This document shows, piece by piece, positions 13,070 through 25,928 of a stretch of DNA of 49,152 bases. A program made the position numbers and the translations under genes. Positions within the stretch are counted from its first letter, which is position 1, and every line of letters begins with the position of its first letter. The stretch is from Octopus sinensis (lineage: Eukaryota), in contig NW_021834403.1 in NCBI RefSeq assembly GCF_006345805.1, forward strand, positions 1-49,152, written 5' to 3'. The notes beneath the pieces were generated by a model. It worked only from the letters and a program-made list of their open reading frames with translations, was not told the DNA's origin and did not search any database.

Positions 13070-14266
13070 AATTCGGGAAAAAACTTTATACAAAATGTCT
13101 CGGATTACTCTGCCCCCTCCAAAACATGGGAAGTGCCACTTTTTTCTCTCTTCCTCCTTAAAAGCTGCTTACACAGAGTCCATTCAGCCTCACCAATCTT
13201 GCCATTCCCGTCCACCTTTTGATAAACACTCTAGAAGTTAGCGCTACCTTCTCCTATCCTCGCTTTCCTGTTCAAAAGAAATTTGAAGATAGTGAGAGCT
13301 TGGCCGGATAGGAAAGATCCTGTGCTCAAATCTTTGAGATGGGTCCACAACACAACCTCTTTTGTCACAGCCACTAAGCAGAGAAAAATCTGCTTCCCTT
13401 CTCTGCTAAAGGAAGCTGGTGCGTCGATCAACACGGAATGCTTGGTGGACAGCCGAACTCGTCCTAAACGAGACAACAGCTGCTCAACACAATCCCACAA
13501 ATCGCTAATGTGCGGACACTGAACGATTGCAAGCGCGACGGTTTAGTCATCTTTCAATGCATCCGGGGAAGTTTGTTGGCGCTTCCATACCTAAAGAGCT
13601 TGTCTCGGACCGGTAATTCCCTCCTGTAGCCCCCTGCTATGCCAAAGAGTTTTGGAAATTGTCCATAGTATTCGAGGTGAAATCCTCAAAAGAATCCACT
13701 CATACTGTCATTATACCCTCAAATAATCCACCCTATAGAAATCGTGAGTTATTTTCCTGCTAATGGCTTTGTTCCGTTGGTACAATGCTGTGAGCGCCTG
13801 GCAACATTCGAGTGGATAAAGACCAAAATCCTATTCTTTTTTTGATCCCGGACTACAGCTTGGTCACGGAAACGAGCTGCAGAAAGACGGGTCGTACGAA
13901 AGGCACCGACACCAATACACCCTCGTTTTCATCACCGTCCTTTGTGGTGATTTAGATATTTCTGCAACTATGTCAATCTCAATGTGCGCTGGTGCATCAT
14001 CAAGGACGGCATCCTGAGTACACCACAGAGTGGGTGTTGACTTCAGGTGGTTTTCCTTAAGAATCGGAAAAGCAAGCCCTCCAATCTGGTCAGAGTTTTC
14101 TTGCGAAAAGACACGACTGTTAGGCGTTAGTACACCACCGAAGCGATGCACGCATTCGGTACTTCTGCCCGCTTTTCAGACGCAGTTTCATCTCACTATT
14201 TCTGTTTGCGATTGGCCATCCTGCTCGTGACCTCTTCCCAGTTCCTATCTGGAGATCTGGTCCGAA
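13070..14266 (-). mobile_element. Tx1/L1-clade LINE ORF2 3' portion (post-RT region and zf-RVT)
   Basis: Minus-strand fragments FGPDLQI, LKSRAEV.NACIASVVY.RLTVV, ELPVRDKLFRYGS, TV..AIVQCPHISDLWDCVEQLLSRLG, IFLCLVAVTKEVV.W; many frameshifts. Confidence 0.75.
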
Positions 14267-14838
14267 ATAATAATTCTTTCTACTAAAGGCACAAGGCCTG
14301 ACATTTTGAGGGAGTGGACTAGTCGATAAGAGCAACCCCTGTGTTTCATAGGTACTTATTGTATCGACTCCGAAAGGATGAAAGGCAAAGTCGAACTCTG
14401 CAGAATGTGAACTCAGAACGTAAAGACAGACGAAATGCCGCTAAGCCTTTGACCTAGCATGCTAACGATTCTGCCAACTCACCGACTCCTGGTCCAAAAT
14501 AATAATATTGGTTTCACATTTGGCAGAAGGCTACCAATTTCGGAGGAGGTTTCAGTCGATCACGTTAACCCCAGTGCTTTACTGGTATTCATTTCATCGA
14601 CCCCGTAGGCATGGAAAGCAAAGTCGGATTCGACAGAATTTGAACTCAGAACATAAAGACAGACAAGATACCACAAAACAATTTTCCCGACGCAGTAACC
14701 ACTGTACCAGCTCACCGCTTTCAAAAGAATAAAAAACTAAGTCAACCCCGGTGGCATTTGAACGCAGAAAATAAAGTCTGATGAAATGCCGCAAAGCATT
14801 TTGCCTGGTGCAGTAACGATTCTGTCAGTTCGGTACTT
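14267..14838 (-). mobile_element. Three stacked tRNA-derived SINE copies (OK/OR1-like, Nin-like central domain)
   Basis: Units at about 14267-14487, 14498-14720 and 14735-14838 (partial), each with the reverse complement of GGCAGAATCGTTAGC...TTCTGAGTTC...GACTTTGCCTTTCATCCTTTCGGRGTCGAT...GTACC. Confidence 0.75.
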
Positions 14839-15165
14839 TACCATAAGGATAATAAATATCAATCACTTTTTGAGTAAATGCAATTACCAACAGAAAACGG
14901 GTATAAACGCAGGCTAGACTTTGCAAATAAAAGAGTGCTTTGGGATGTTAAGCAAGTGTGTAACTTGGTTAAGTGTGTGACTTGGTTAACATTTATATAA
15001 TGTAAACAAACATACGTGCGCAGACACATTCAGTCACTCACACACGCATATGTATGCACATGCATGGATGTACATACATAGGTATGCGTATGTATGAGTA
15101 TATATACATAAACACACACGCACACACACACATATATATAGGGAGAGGGGAATATATATATGCAT

Positions 15166-15228
15166 AAGGCGGCGAGCTGGCAGAAACGTTAGCGCGCCGG
15201 GCGAAATGCTTTGCGGTATTTCGTCTGT
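15166..15228 (+). mobile_element. SINE 5' head fragment (same family as 17736-17900)
   Basis: AAGGCGGCGAGCTGGCAGAAACGTTAGCGCGCCGGGCGAAATGCTTTGCGGTATTTCGTCTGT; truncated at the LINE junction. Confidence 0.8.
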
Positions 15229-16033
15229 GAGCATTCCGAATGACCGTCGAATCAAAAACAGAACTCCGCGTGCTTTGTTGGCAGCATGGACGCATTGGGC
15301 CGAAGGCGAAAAGGAAGAATCCACCAAGATACCCAGGTCCTTTACTTGGTCGGTCTTCTCCAGCAGCAGACGACCCGGTTCGAAATCAAGTTGAGTTGCA
15401 GGAGAGGAGCCAACAGGCAGATGACAGCACTTTGACACGTTCAGACACAGGTCCCATTCGTTTGACCATCTCCAAACTTGGTGGAGGCATCGACGAAGAT
15501 CTTCTATATCACTGCGAGGAGCGACCAGTTTGACATCGTCGGCAAATAGAAGGGTGTGTTGCGTGAGGTCGTCGGGCAAGTCGTTGATGAAGACTAAAAA
15601 CAATATCGGCCCAAGCACTGAACCTTGAGGCATGCCACTGCTCGCACTGGAGACGTCGGACAGCGAACCATTAACTTGGACTTGGAAGGAGCGATCTGAG
15701 AGGAAGGCACCAACTCATCGTACAATACCCGGATGGAAACGATATGCTTGAAGTTTGACAAGTAATAGACGGTGATTAACCGAGTCAAAAGCTTTGGCAA
15801 AGTCCAATAAATCTATGTCAACAGCATCACCATCATCCAGGATACGCGTCACCAATTCTTCCATTACCAGTAAGTTGGTCAAGCATGATCTCTTCGGCAC
15901 GAAGCCGTGTTGCGAATCAGAGATAGAGGCGGTGTTTTGGAGGTGGAGCAACATACTTTTCTTCAGGATGGTTTCGAACATCTTGCTGATTATTGAAGTA
16001 AGGGAAACCGGTCGGTAGTTAAGCTGGTCTTCG
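15229..16033 (-). pseudogene. CR1-clade LINE reverse transcriptase fragment
   Basis: One reading frame: NYRPVSLTSIISK, QHGFVPKRSCLTNL, DFAKAFDSVNH, MPQGSVLGPILF, LLFADDVKL, LNVSKC, VKDLGILVD; a single premature stop at 15715-15717. Confidence 0.95.
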
Positions 16034-16184
16034 CTTAATGATGGGCTACAGCAAATATTCTGCTCAATACCACAGATTTGCTTGTCAGTTGTTTCACCTT
16101 TACCAGTTGACCACGTCCCTTAGTGGCTGGCGATATGTGCATCTCTGATCATGAGCAGAAGTAGTGGGGGAGCAAGCTGACAAC

Positions 16185-16490
16185 AAGGTATGCGATAAGG
16201 AATAAAGCAAAGTCGAGAGATATGATATGTTAGCTTGGGATGCTAAGCTGTTGTGGTCGTTGTAAAAGGTGGTAGTAGTTCCAATAATTGTTGGAGCCCT
16301 GGAAACAGTGAGTAAAAATCTTGAGAAGTACATGGAAGAAATAGGGGCTGTATGGAAGTAAACAGCACTGCTTAGAACCGATCGAACACTCCGGAAGGTG
16401 CTCGAAAAATAAGCTGGTAGTGAACAGCTGACACTGTAGTACATCTCCAGCGTTAGAAGTTGAGCAAAGACAATAATAATAATAATAATG
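16185..16490 (+). mobile_element. R4/Dong-clade LINE 3' end (REL endonuclease C-terminus) with (AAT)n tail
   Basis: KVVVVPIIVGALETVSKNLEKYMEEIG...TALLRTDRTLRKVLEK*, then a short UTR and AATAATAATAATAAT. Confidence 0.8.
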
Positions 16491-16539
16491 TCTACATAAT
16501 GGTGGAAAAGGAGAATAACGCAGTCTATTAACGAGACAA

Positions 16540-17732
16540 GAATAGAAGACAATATCTGGAACGGAAAAAAAGAAATGAAATTCAACGAGAGAAATATGTT
16601 CAGTTAGAGAGGAAGTATAGTGTAAAGAGAAAGGGAATCAATGTTGTGATTGAGGAATGAAAACCGAGGTTGAAAACTAAAGCACATAAACTAAAGAGAT
16701 ATGAACAGAGAATTGAGCAATACAAAGTAAACAGACTCTTGGAACAATATCGGAAACGAGTCTATCAGGAACTGGATGGGAAAGAAAAAGGTAAAAATGC
16801 TGTGCCGGATACTGAAGAAAACAAAGGATCCTGGTCAAACATATAGTCTCAGGAGAAACAACACGAAACTGAAGCAGAGTGGTTTAAGACACTGGAGGTT
16901 TTGAGTATAACCAAGGAGATAATTAGTGATCAGTGCAGGAAAATTCCTAATTGGAAAGCCCCTAACCCAGGTGGGGCTCGGGGCTTTTGGCTTAAAAACT
17001 CAGCACAAGAGAATTGCAAGATAGATGGACGAAATACTGAGTAGTGACATCCAAGTACCGGCCTGAAGGGCAAGAACGGCACTATGCCAAAAGGACCCAA
17101 ATAAAGAGAATGCGGTTGGAAATTTCCGACCAATATCTTGTTTGCCACTGATGTGGAAACTGATGACGGGCATCATATCAAACAGTATCTGTAAGTACCT
17201 AGATGAGAACAACCAGTCGAATAAAAAGGGTGTAAACGTAAGAGCAGAGGAACGAAGGATCAATTACTAATCGACGAGACTATCCTGGCTGACTGCAAAA
17301 GACACAAATATTTGGCGATGGCATGGGTGGACTGCAGGAAAGCATATGACATGGTCCCACACGCGTATATTATTGAAAGCCTTAAAATACTTAAGGTCTC
17401 CCAAAATATCCTGAAGTTAATACAAAACTCAATGGCAATGTGGCGAACTCAACTCACAGCATGGGGAGATAAGCTGGGAGAAGTACATATCAAAAGAGAA
17501 ATCTTTTAAGGGGACACTCTGTCGCCTTTTCTGTTTGTTGTCTGCATATTGGCACTAACGAGCGTCTTAAGATGCATGTGAGGGACATGCTAGGAAGGGT
17601 GAAAGTAAACAACCTGTGGTTTATGGATGACCTAAAGCTATTTGCTGAGACTGAGAAAGAAACTGAGAGTTTGACGGTAACTGTGCAGATGATTAGCAAA
17701 GATATTGGCATGGAATTTGGGATCGAGAAATG
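16540..17732 (+). pseudogene. R4/Dong-clade LINE reverse transcriptase relic
   Basis: KLKRYEQRIEQY, IPNWKAP, NFRPISCLPLMWKLMTG, QKGC...[49 protein letters not shown]. Confidence 0.9.
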
Positions 17733-17735
17733 AGG

Positions 17736-17900
17736 TCGATTAGATCAACCTCAGTGCGTAACTGGTACTTAATTTATCAATTCCGTAAGGATGAAAGGCA
17801 AAGTCAACCGCGGCGGAATTTGAACTCAAAACGTAACGGTAGACGAAATACCGCCAAGTATTCAACCCGGCGTGCTAACGATTCTGCCAGCTTGCCGCTT
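17736..17900 (-). mobile_element. tRNA-derived SINE (OK/OR1-like)
   Basis: Reverse complement of AAGCGGCAAGCTGGCAGAATCGTTAGC...GAGTTCAAATTCCGCCG (B box)...GACTTTGCCTTTCATCC; a further 3' fragment lies at 17974-18099. Confidence 0.8.
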
Positions 17901-19229
<1,329 letters not shown>

Positions 19230-20099
19230 TGCTAAATTACACACAAGGACAAGCATTTTCAGCGAAGAAACCATCAACAGCGGTTGAGTGATTTTTTTTA
19301 TTTAACTGATTCCAAGAAGAGAAATAAAACTGTCCTCAATAGAATTTGAACTCGGAACTTCAGAAAATAAACCAAATATACCAAGGCAACTAGTCCAATA
19401 TCCCAGTGATTCTACCAGCTCTTCCGCAAAGTAGCAACAAAAATTATTTGTCGATCTTGTAGAAACTTGTCTGTAGTGTCTATGAGTGCATACATAAGTG
19501 TCCAAATATATTGTATATCAAGCAGCGGTATAAACAAATATACGCACACGCTTACATACATTAAAATATACCTACACATCAACACGTATACATGTATGTA
19601 TGTATGTATGTGTGTGTGTGTGTGTGTGCGTGTGTCTGCATGTATGTACGTGTATGTGTATATATTTGTGCGTGTGTGTGTGGTTGAGGTTGAAATCACA
19701 CACGTCGCAAAGTACAAAGACATCAATAGATTAAAATATAACGAGCAGCAGAAACAATGAAATCGCACTTGAAACCGTTAAAAAATTTGAAGACAAAACT
19801 CAGAGAATTCTCCAAACAAACTGAACCCCCAGCCAAGCAATTCACAAAAGGTACATAAAATATAAACATATATATAAGGACATTATTGTATTAAAGCTAT
19901 ATTTGTTGAAGGAGTCATATATCAACGCTATTGATTCATATAATGAAATGTACCATTGTAACGGGGTTGACATAAGCTCTGTGTTCATACAGGATGTTGA
20001 TTTTATATTGCTGATAATTAAAAACTGCAGGGTAACATACACTGTTAGCGTATACAGACATACACACAAATACACACACCACTCGCAGATGTGGATGTG

Positions 20100-20260
20100 T
20101 AGGTGCTGGCGTGTGTGGTTAAGGAATTCGCTTATTAAAACTTGTGGTCTTGGGTTCGGTCCTACTGCGTGGCAGCTTGTGTAAATGTCTTCTGCTAAGC
20201 CCTGGGCCGACCAAAAGTTTTAAGTGGATTTGGTTGACGGAAATTGAAAAAAGTTCATTT
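20100..20260 (+). mobile_element. tRNA/CORE SINE (OR2-like) 5' half, degenerate
   Basis: A box TGGCGTGTGTGG, B-box-like GGTTCGGTCC, then GGGCCGACC...GTGGATTTGGTTGACGGAAA; aligns with 25929 onward. Confidence 0.7.
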
Positions 20261-20620
20261 TGTACACACACAAACACATAGAAGTTATATATATAATTAG
20301 TTGCTTATTGACATTGTCTGCAAGTGGCTAAGCATACTGTAGCTACTAGTATACTTCATGAAATCCTAAAACTGAATCAGTGAATGGGAGTGTGTGACAA
20401 AACTGTAACTTGCCTTGTTGATATGACCTATCCGACGGGCCTCAGTGCAGTTTCTGCCAAACCAGATTCGTTGTAGAAAGGCTAAGGTAAATGCTACTAA
20501 CCAAACATACCATGTACTGAGATGGGACTTATGGACGCGCGTTTGCTAAGCGACCTTCTTAACCATTCCATTATATACCGGTGTGCATAAGTGCATCTAT
20601 ATGCATACACTTTATAGATA

Positions 20621-20904
20621 CACCAGGGTAATCACATAAATGCGAAACAAGGTGGAAAAATAGTACTCCAATACCAGAGGTAGAGTAATATGCTTCACAA
20701 AAACTGTTACTCAGAGTTCCACGTTCCCGGTCGTTGGACAGTTTTGCTTAGATTCTAATCAAAACTGTGCGACGAACGGGAACGTGGAACACTGAGTAAC
20801 AGTTTTTGTGATATTTCTGCTGCTTTTTAATAAAGCTCATTACTCTACTTCTGGTATTCGAGTACTATTTTTCCACCTTGTTTCGCATTTATCTGATTAC
20901 CCTG

Positions 20905-20907
<3 letters not shown>
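20621..20907. mobile_element. Fold-back MITE (287 bp) flanked by TA
   Basis: Outer arms of 75 bp (70/75 match, CACCAGGGTAATCA...); inner arms of 52 bp (48/52); 13-nt loop; TA on both sides. A related copy lies at 48810-49140. Confidence 0.9.
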
Positions 20908-20945
<38 letters not shown>

Positions 20946-21145
20946 TAGACAAATGAATTATCTTATTACGGATAATTCGAAAGATAACCGATACCTGGGT
21001 AGCAAACTCACAACAGAAAAAGCACGGTTGAAGTTACGACCATAGGGCATAAATTCCGTGCCTTAGTGCGGAAATTTGAAGTTTAATATATTAAGTATAG
21101 GAAAGAATGGAGCTGAACGAAGATTTAACAAAATTCCTTTATTTT

Positions 21146-21231
21146 ATTTTCGACATATGTTTCGAAGTCTGCAAAGTCCCTAATTCCGAATGAATAAGGA
21201 GTCCATTATGCAGCTTTCTCTTCAGGAAAAT
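21146..21231 (-). ncRNA. Type I hammerhead ribozyme (PLE-associated), minus copy
   Basis: ATTTTC-CTGAAGA-G[AAAGCTGCA...TGCAGACTT]C-GAAA-C-ATAT-GTC-GAAAAT; stem I is 6/6 Watson-Crick; palindromic ACATATGT stem III; GUC triplet at 21154-21152. Confidence 0.85.
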
Positions 21232-22303
21232 CCAGGAACTTAATTCTCCAACAAAATGCACAACAAGTTTTTCGACGACTGCTCACGAGGAGCCCATAGA
21301 GATAATGATAAATAATGTCTATTTATAGGGGGTGACGCCAGATTGGTTGAAAGTATGAGAAAATGTCCGTTGAAATAGTTCAAGGGTTCAATCAAGGTAG
21401 GAGAAGGAAGGTATAGGAAAATTGAAGTGAGGGAATGTATTCTGTATGACTGGTGTTTATATTTGATTTATTTTATGAATGAGTGCTCGTATGTATGAGT
21501 GTGTAAAATTGCCTTAATGTGTGTGTGTGTGCGTCTTTCAATGCGTGAATGTGTGTTTGGAAGGCAGAGAGAAAGCGGTAGAAAGAATTAACGGTCAGGA
21601 ACTGAAAAGACTGTGTCTGAATATGAAAGAGTTCGGAATTACAGAGGGCACAGATTTTTCTGCCCTTATCAAACGGTAAGGACACGGTGTCTTTACCGTT
21701 TGATAAGGGCAGAAAAATCTGTGCCTTCTGTAATTCCGAACTCTTTCATATTCTGTTTGCCCGAGGCCAACTAATAAACTCGATTGTCGAGAGTTCTTTC
21801 AGATGCCTACACTGGAAAAAGCATACCTTTCACTCATACCAATGAAGTCTAATATAGATAACCTCTGGATTTCCTACAAAATTGAAAGGTGATATCTCAT
21901 CCCTTTAGTATAAAAGACTTTCTCATAATCGCTAAGAACTACTACCAAATCCCAGCAGTAACCTTCTATCTTGTCATTACTATTGTGGTCTCCATCTGCC
22001 CTCGCCCTATTAATTTGACACATTCGAACACACAGACACAGTCTTTTCAGTTCCTGACCGTTAATTCTTTCTATCTCTTTCTCTCTGCCTTCCAAACACA
22101 CATTCACGCATTGAAAGACGCACACACACACATTAAGGCAATTTTACACACTCATACATACGAGCACTCATTCATAAAATAAATCCAATATAAACACCAG
22201 TCATACAGAATACATTCCCTCACTTCAATTTTCCTATACCTTCCTTCTCCTCCCTTGATTGAACCCTTGGACTATTTCAACGGACATTTTCTCATACTTT
22301 CAA

Positions 22304-22330
22304 CCAATCTGGCGTCACCCCCTATAAATA
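22304..22330 (+). promoter_or_regulatory. CCAAT + TATAAATA Pol II promoter-like motif in the pLTR
   Basis: CCAAT at 22304-08 and TATAAATA at 22323-30, about 90 nt upstream of the ribozyme; mirrored at 21342-46 and 21320-27 on the minus strand. Motif presence only. Confidence 0.45.
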
Positions 22331-22418
22331 GACATTATTTATCATTATCTCTATGGGCTCCTCGTGAGCAGTCGTCGAAAAACTTGTTGTGCATTTTGTT
22401 GGAGAATTAAGTTCCTGG

Positions 22419-22504
22419 ATTTTCCTGAAGAGAAAGCTGCATAATGGACTCCTTATTCATTCGGAATTAGGGACTTTGCAGACTTCGAAACATATGTCGA
22501 AAAT
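22419..22504 (+). ncRNA. Type I hammerhead ribozyme (PLE-associated), plus copy
   Basis: Stem I ATTTTC (22419-24) / GAAAAT (22499-504); CTGAAGA 22425-31; stem II G..C closed with CTGCA/TGCAG; GAAA 22487-90; C-ATAT-GTC; predicted cut after 22498. Confidence 0.85.
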
Positions 22505-22555
22505 GAAATAAAGGAATTTTGTTAAATCTTCGTTCAGCTCCATTCTTTCCTATAC

Positions 22556-22588
<33 letters not shown>

Positions 22589-22659
22589 TTACACACATGC
22601 ATACATACATATGTGTGTGTGTGTGTGTGTGTTTAGATATAGACATATATAATATATAC

Positions 22660-22890
22660 ATATGGAAGAGGTGCTTGTATAAGCCATTCCTGTCTCGAGT
22701 CTCAGGACGTGTACGAGTGACCGAGATCACAACGCCACCTCTGAACGGGACGCCAGGGGTGTACACCTTTGCGGCTGAGTGGACTGGAGCAACGTGAAAT
22801 AAAGTGTTTCGTTGAAAAACTCAACGCACGGCGCAGTCCGAGTATCGAAACTGTGATCTTACGATCGTGCGTGCCACACCCTACACGTAC
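22660..22890 (-). mobile_element. tRNA/CORE-type SINE, degenerate
   Basis: Minus strand ...GTTTCGATACTC...CACTTTATTTCACGTTGCTCCAGTCCACTCAGC; shared with 42380-42680 and 10150-10290. Confidence 0.65.
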
Positions 22891-23290
22891 ATAAACACAT
22901 TATACACGCCCTCATATGCACTGGATAAGATCTGAAAGGATCAATTAGAATGCTAATTCAATGCTTTGAATTTTTCTTGTCATCTTTGGTTACGTGACAA
23001 CTCGACATTGTTATTTATGACGATATTAAAAAGGTGTGGGGTGGGAGGAGGGACTTCGAAAATGTACCAAACTCGTTGTTGATAAACTTGTTTATATTGT
23101 CCGAGATGGACGTAGTAACATAATATTGTTACTGTATCTCATGTAAAAGTATAAAATATATACCATGGACAACTACATAATGTTATCTATTAATATATAA
23201 AACTTGAATAGGTATGTATATGAAGATATCTGTTACCTAATCCATATCAAAATAGATAGTCAGCTGACTATAGTAAATTCTATGAAAATA

Positions 23291-23679
23291 CTAGCAGTAT
23301 CGACCGGCGTTGCTCGGGTTTGTTTCGACCCTTTAAAATTGGAATTTTTGGAAAAGTAAAAATTTTGCATTATGTAGCTTGTTATTCTCTTTAAGTGAAC
23401 ATTTTTCAGGTTGAAATACACCGAAAAATGGCGACACAGCAGTCAAAAATCGTAAAAAATCGGGATTTTCATAGAAAAAAAGCACCTTTTTGATGTAAAT
23501 AATTTTTGGTGTTAACATGGTCCGATTTGAATTTTTTCTCCTACGGAAGGAAGAGCACGCCTTCTATCATACTATCAATTTTGGTCAACTTGCGCCGCAG
23601 GATCTCGGAGGAGATAGTGCTAGTTGAAGGCTACCAAACCTGCCACACACACGCAGCCAAATTCAGCTTTATTTATAGA
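23291..23679 (-). mobile_element. Non-autonomous Helitron (about 389 bp), copy B
   Basis: Minus strand 5' TCTATAAATAAAGCTGAA; 3' CCCGAGCAACGCCGG hairpin region then CTAG|T; full-length homology to 3035-3424. Confidence 0.85.
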
Positions 23680-25261
23680 GAGATAAGTGCAAGTCAGCTT
23701 GCGTAACTCATATGCAAATTTATTAACGATCAATTAGCTAAAGTAATTGATTTTTATATAATCACAAGCGGATTCGAGATAAAAGCCTTGCCATGAATAG
23801 GAGAATAGTATTTTGGTTGAAACTTTTCTTTGCAGTCGAAATGGGGTTCGTTTATTCGAAGAATCTCTGGAGTGCTTGAGTGGATGTGTAGCTCGGATAT
23901 CAGGGAGTCTCTCCAGGTCAAGCCGTTACTTCTCCACATTGAGGGGTCACAGATCCTGTACCACGGACATAAGATTAGAATGTCGCAGGAATGAATTGCA
24001 AAATTGTTTCAAGCCAAGCCAGACGACAGAAAAGTTAGAGGCAGATCAAGAACGAACCGTTTAGATAATATATATAGTCTCAGAATCAAACCGGCAAGAT
24101 TAATAGCATTTGCTTCTGATAGGAAGCTATAAAAGAGGTCCCCGAGGACTTGAACTCCACGACTCACGGCAGGAGATGAATGGATGGATGAATGAGACTT
24201 CTTTGCTGAAGAAATCGGATCGGTTTTTCATTTACTTTTTTTTTTTAGTCATAAATATCTTAAACTTAACAACTATATGGCATTCTGGATCGTTGAATAG
24301 TACACATGAGTGTTTCAAGAGTTTTGTGTGAACTTATACAATTTCATCTCAAACAAGACGGGCAAAGAATTTTGTTCCTATAGCTCATCTGATTGCCATT
24401 AAAGGGCTCCGTATATCTTTGCTCTTAGATTTTACAAATCTATCAGCGCAACGAGCAGCGAGCTTCCTCCAAACATCTAAATTGCTTGCTTCCCTCTTAG
24501 TTCCACTCGGGCCGACAGCCATCGTTATCTTGTCTCCCGGAACTTACTGCTCCACGTCTATTTTGGTCATTTATTCGCTCTTTTTCCTGCTTCCGGCATT
24601 CACTTTATTACGATGGTAGCATATCTCTCCCACGGTAATCGAAGCACATGGCTAATCACTCCAGGTATTACTGATCAATAAATACTCAGGGAATGTATGT
24701 TTATAGAGATTTTATTTTTACTTCGATTTTTTCTTTTTTCTTTTTTTTTTGATACTGCTGCAATCTTTCAGACCTTTTCGTTCTTGACCCAGTTGCAGTA
24801 AAACATCACCATTTTATTCTATTGCTGATGATATTCACTTTCTATTCGCAAATATGTTAACTACAACAAACTCAATTACATCTATTAAAGACAAAGTTGT
24901 AGTCCTACATTTTAAATACCTCTACTTGTCAGTTCCTATTTTGTGTTTTCAACCCTTTTTTAATATATTAGACATTTTTTTAGCATTTTATAAAGTTACC
25001 TTTTAAGAGTGACAAAATAGAGCGATCAAGGAGTGCTTCTTTTGATAAGTGTACATAGAAGCGATCACCGCACCACTGAAGGACCAATGTGCTTAAAACA
25101 ACATCTTTAGAATAGCCCCCAATAAGTTGAATCTTATTGATAAGTTGAATCTCTATAATACCCAGGTACTTATATTCTTCCTCTCCGACTTCCTTTATGG
25201 TTCACTACTTTCCAATTTGATCCTATGGCTTTTACTAATTTCCCCCCTTTTAAGAATAAGT

Positions 25262-25680
25262 CGAGGCCTTCCGAGTATTCGTCTCCGCTCGCGCGGGTAC
25301 CACTCGACAACTTCGCGGGTCCACCGATTATCGGTGAGCCGGGCGACGTGTCCAGCCCATCTAAACTTGTTGCGTGTATATTCTACGATGACATCCCTCA
25401 CGCCGGACTTCTGTCTGATAAACTTTCAACTGATGTGCTCTTTCAACGAGATTCCAAGCATTGACTTCTCCATGGCTCTTTGAGCCTTACCAATCTCTGC
25501 TCTTCTCTCTTTGTTGTAGCTCATGTTTCATTGCCATATAACATTGCAGGTAGAACTGTGCTATTGATGAGGTTGGTGCAGGTGGTCCTGTCTAACCTTC
25601 CCTTGAGCACATCGTTTATTCCATTAAACGCATTCCATACGGCTCTTACTCTCCGCGAGATCTCCTTTTCGATGACCCGG
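25262..25680 (-). pseudogene. RTE-clade LINE ORF C-terminal fragment
   Basis: EKEISRRVRAVWNAF, TVLPAMLYGNET, RAMEKSMLGISL, KFRWAGHVARLTDNRWTREVVEWYPRERRR.LGRP. Confidence 0.9.
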
Positions 25681-25928
25681 TAAGATGAACCGCATGAAAA
25701 TGAAGTTCATGCGGTCCGTCAACGTACCAACAGGTCGGTCGAATGGTGGTCGGCAGTGATGAAATAGAAGAGGTAAAGGAATATATCTACCTGAGACAGG
25801 AAGTGAATATATATATATATATGCGTGTGTGTATGTGTGTGTAAAATTATAACTGAGGATATCTAAGAGATACCACCATGCCTGACTCCAAAACCACATC
25901 AAGTATTCGTATATTGTGTGTGTATATA

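Larger units (their letters stand above)
21094..22556. mobile_element. Penelope-like element 3' end with a head-to-head inverted duplicate (pLTR fold-back)
   Basis: Inverted arms 21094-21619 and 22033-22556, plus a 66-bp inner hairpin (21619-21684 / 21688-21753). The unique part 21754-22032 reads YTGKSIP...SHPFSIKDFLIIAK...NLL(I)L(E)SLL(I), resembling a PLE GIY-YIG C-terminus. Each arm carries a hammerhead. Confidence 0.75.

Noticed and set aside
23754-24660. Complex sequence with short ORFs (61-83 aa)
   Set aside because: I could not recognise any motif or consistent frame; probably old TE debris, and a translated search is needed.
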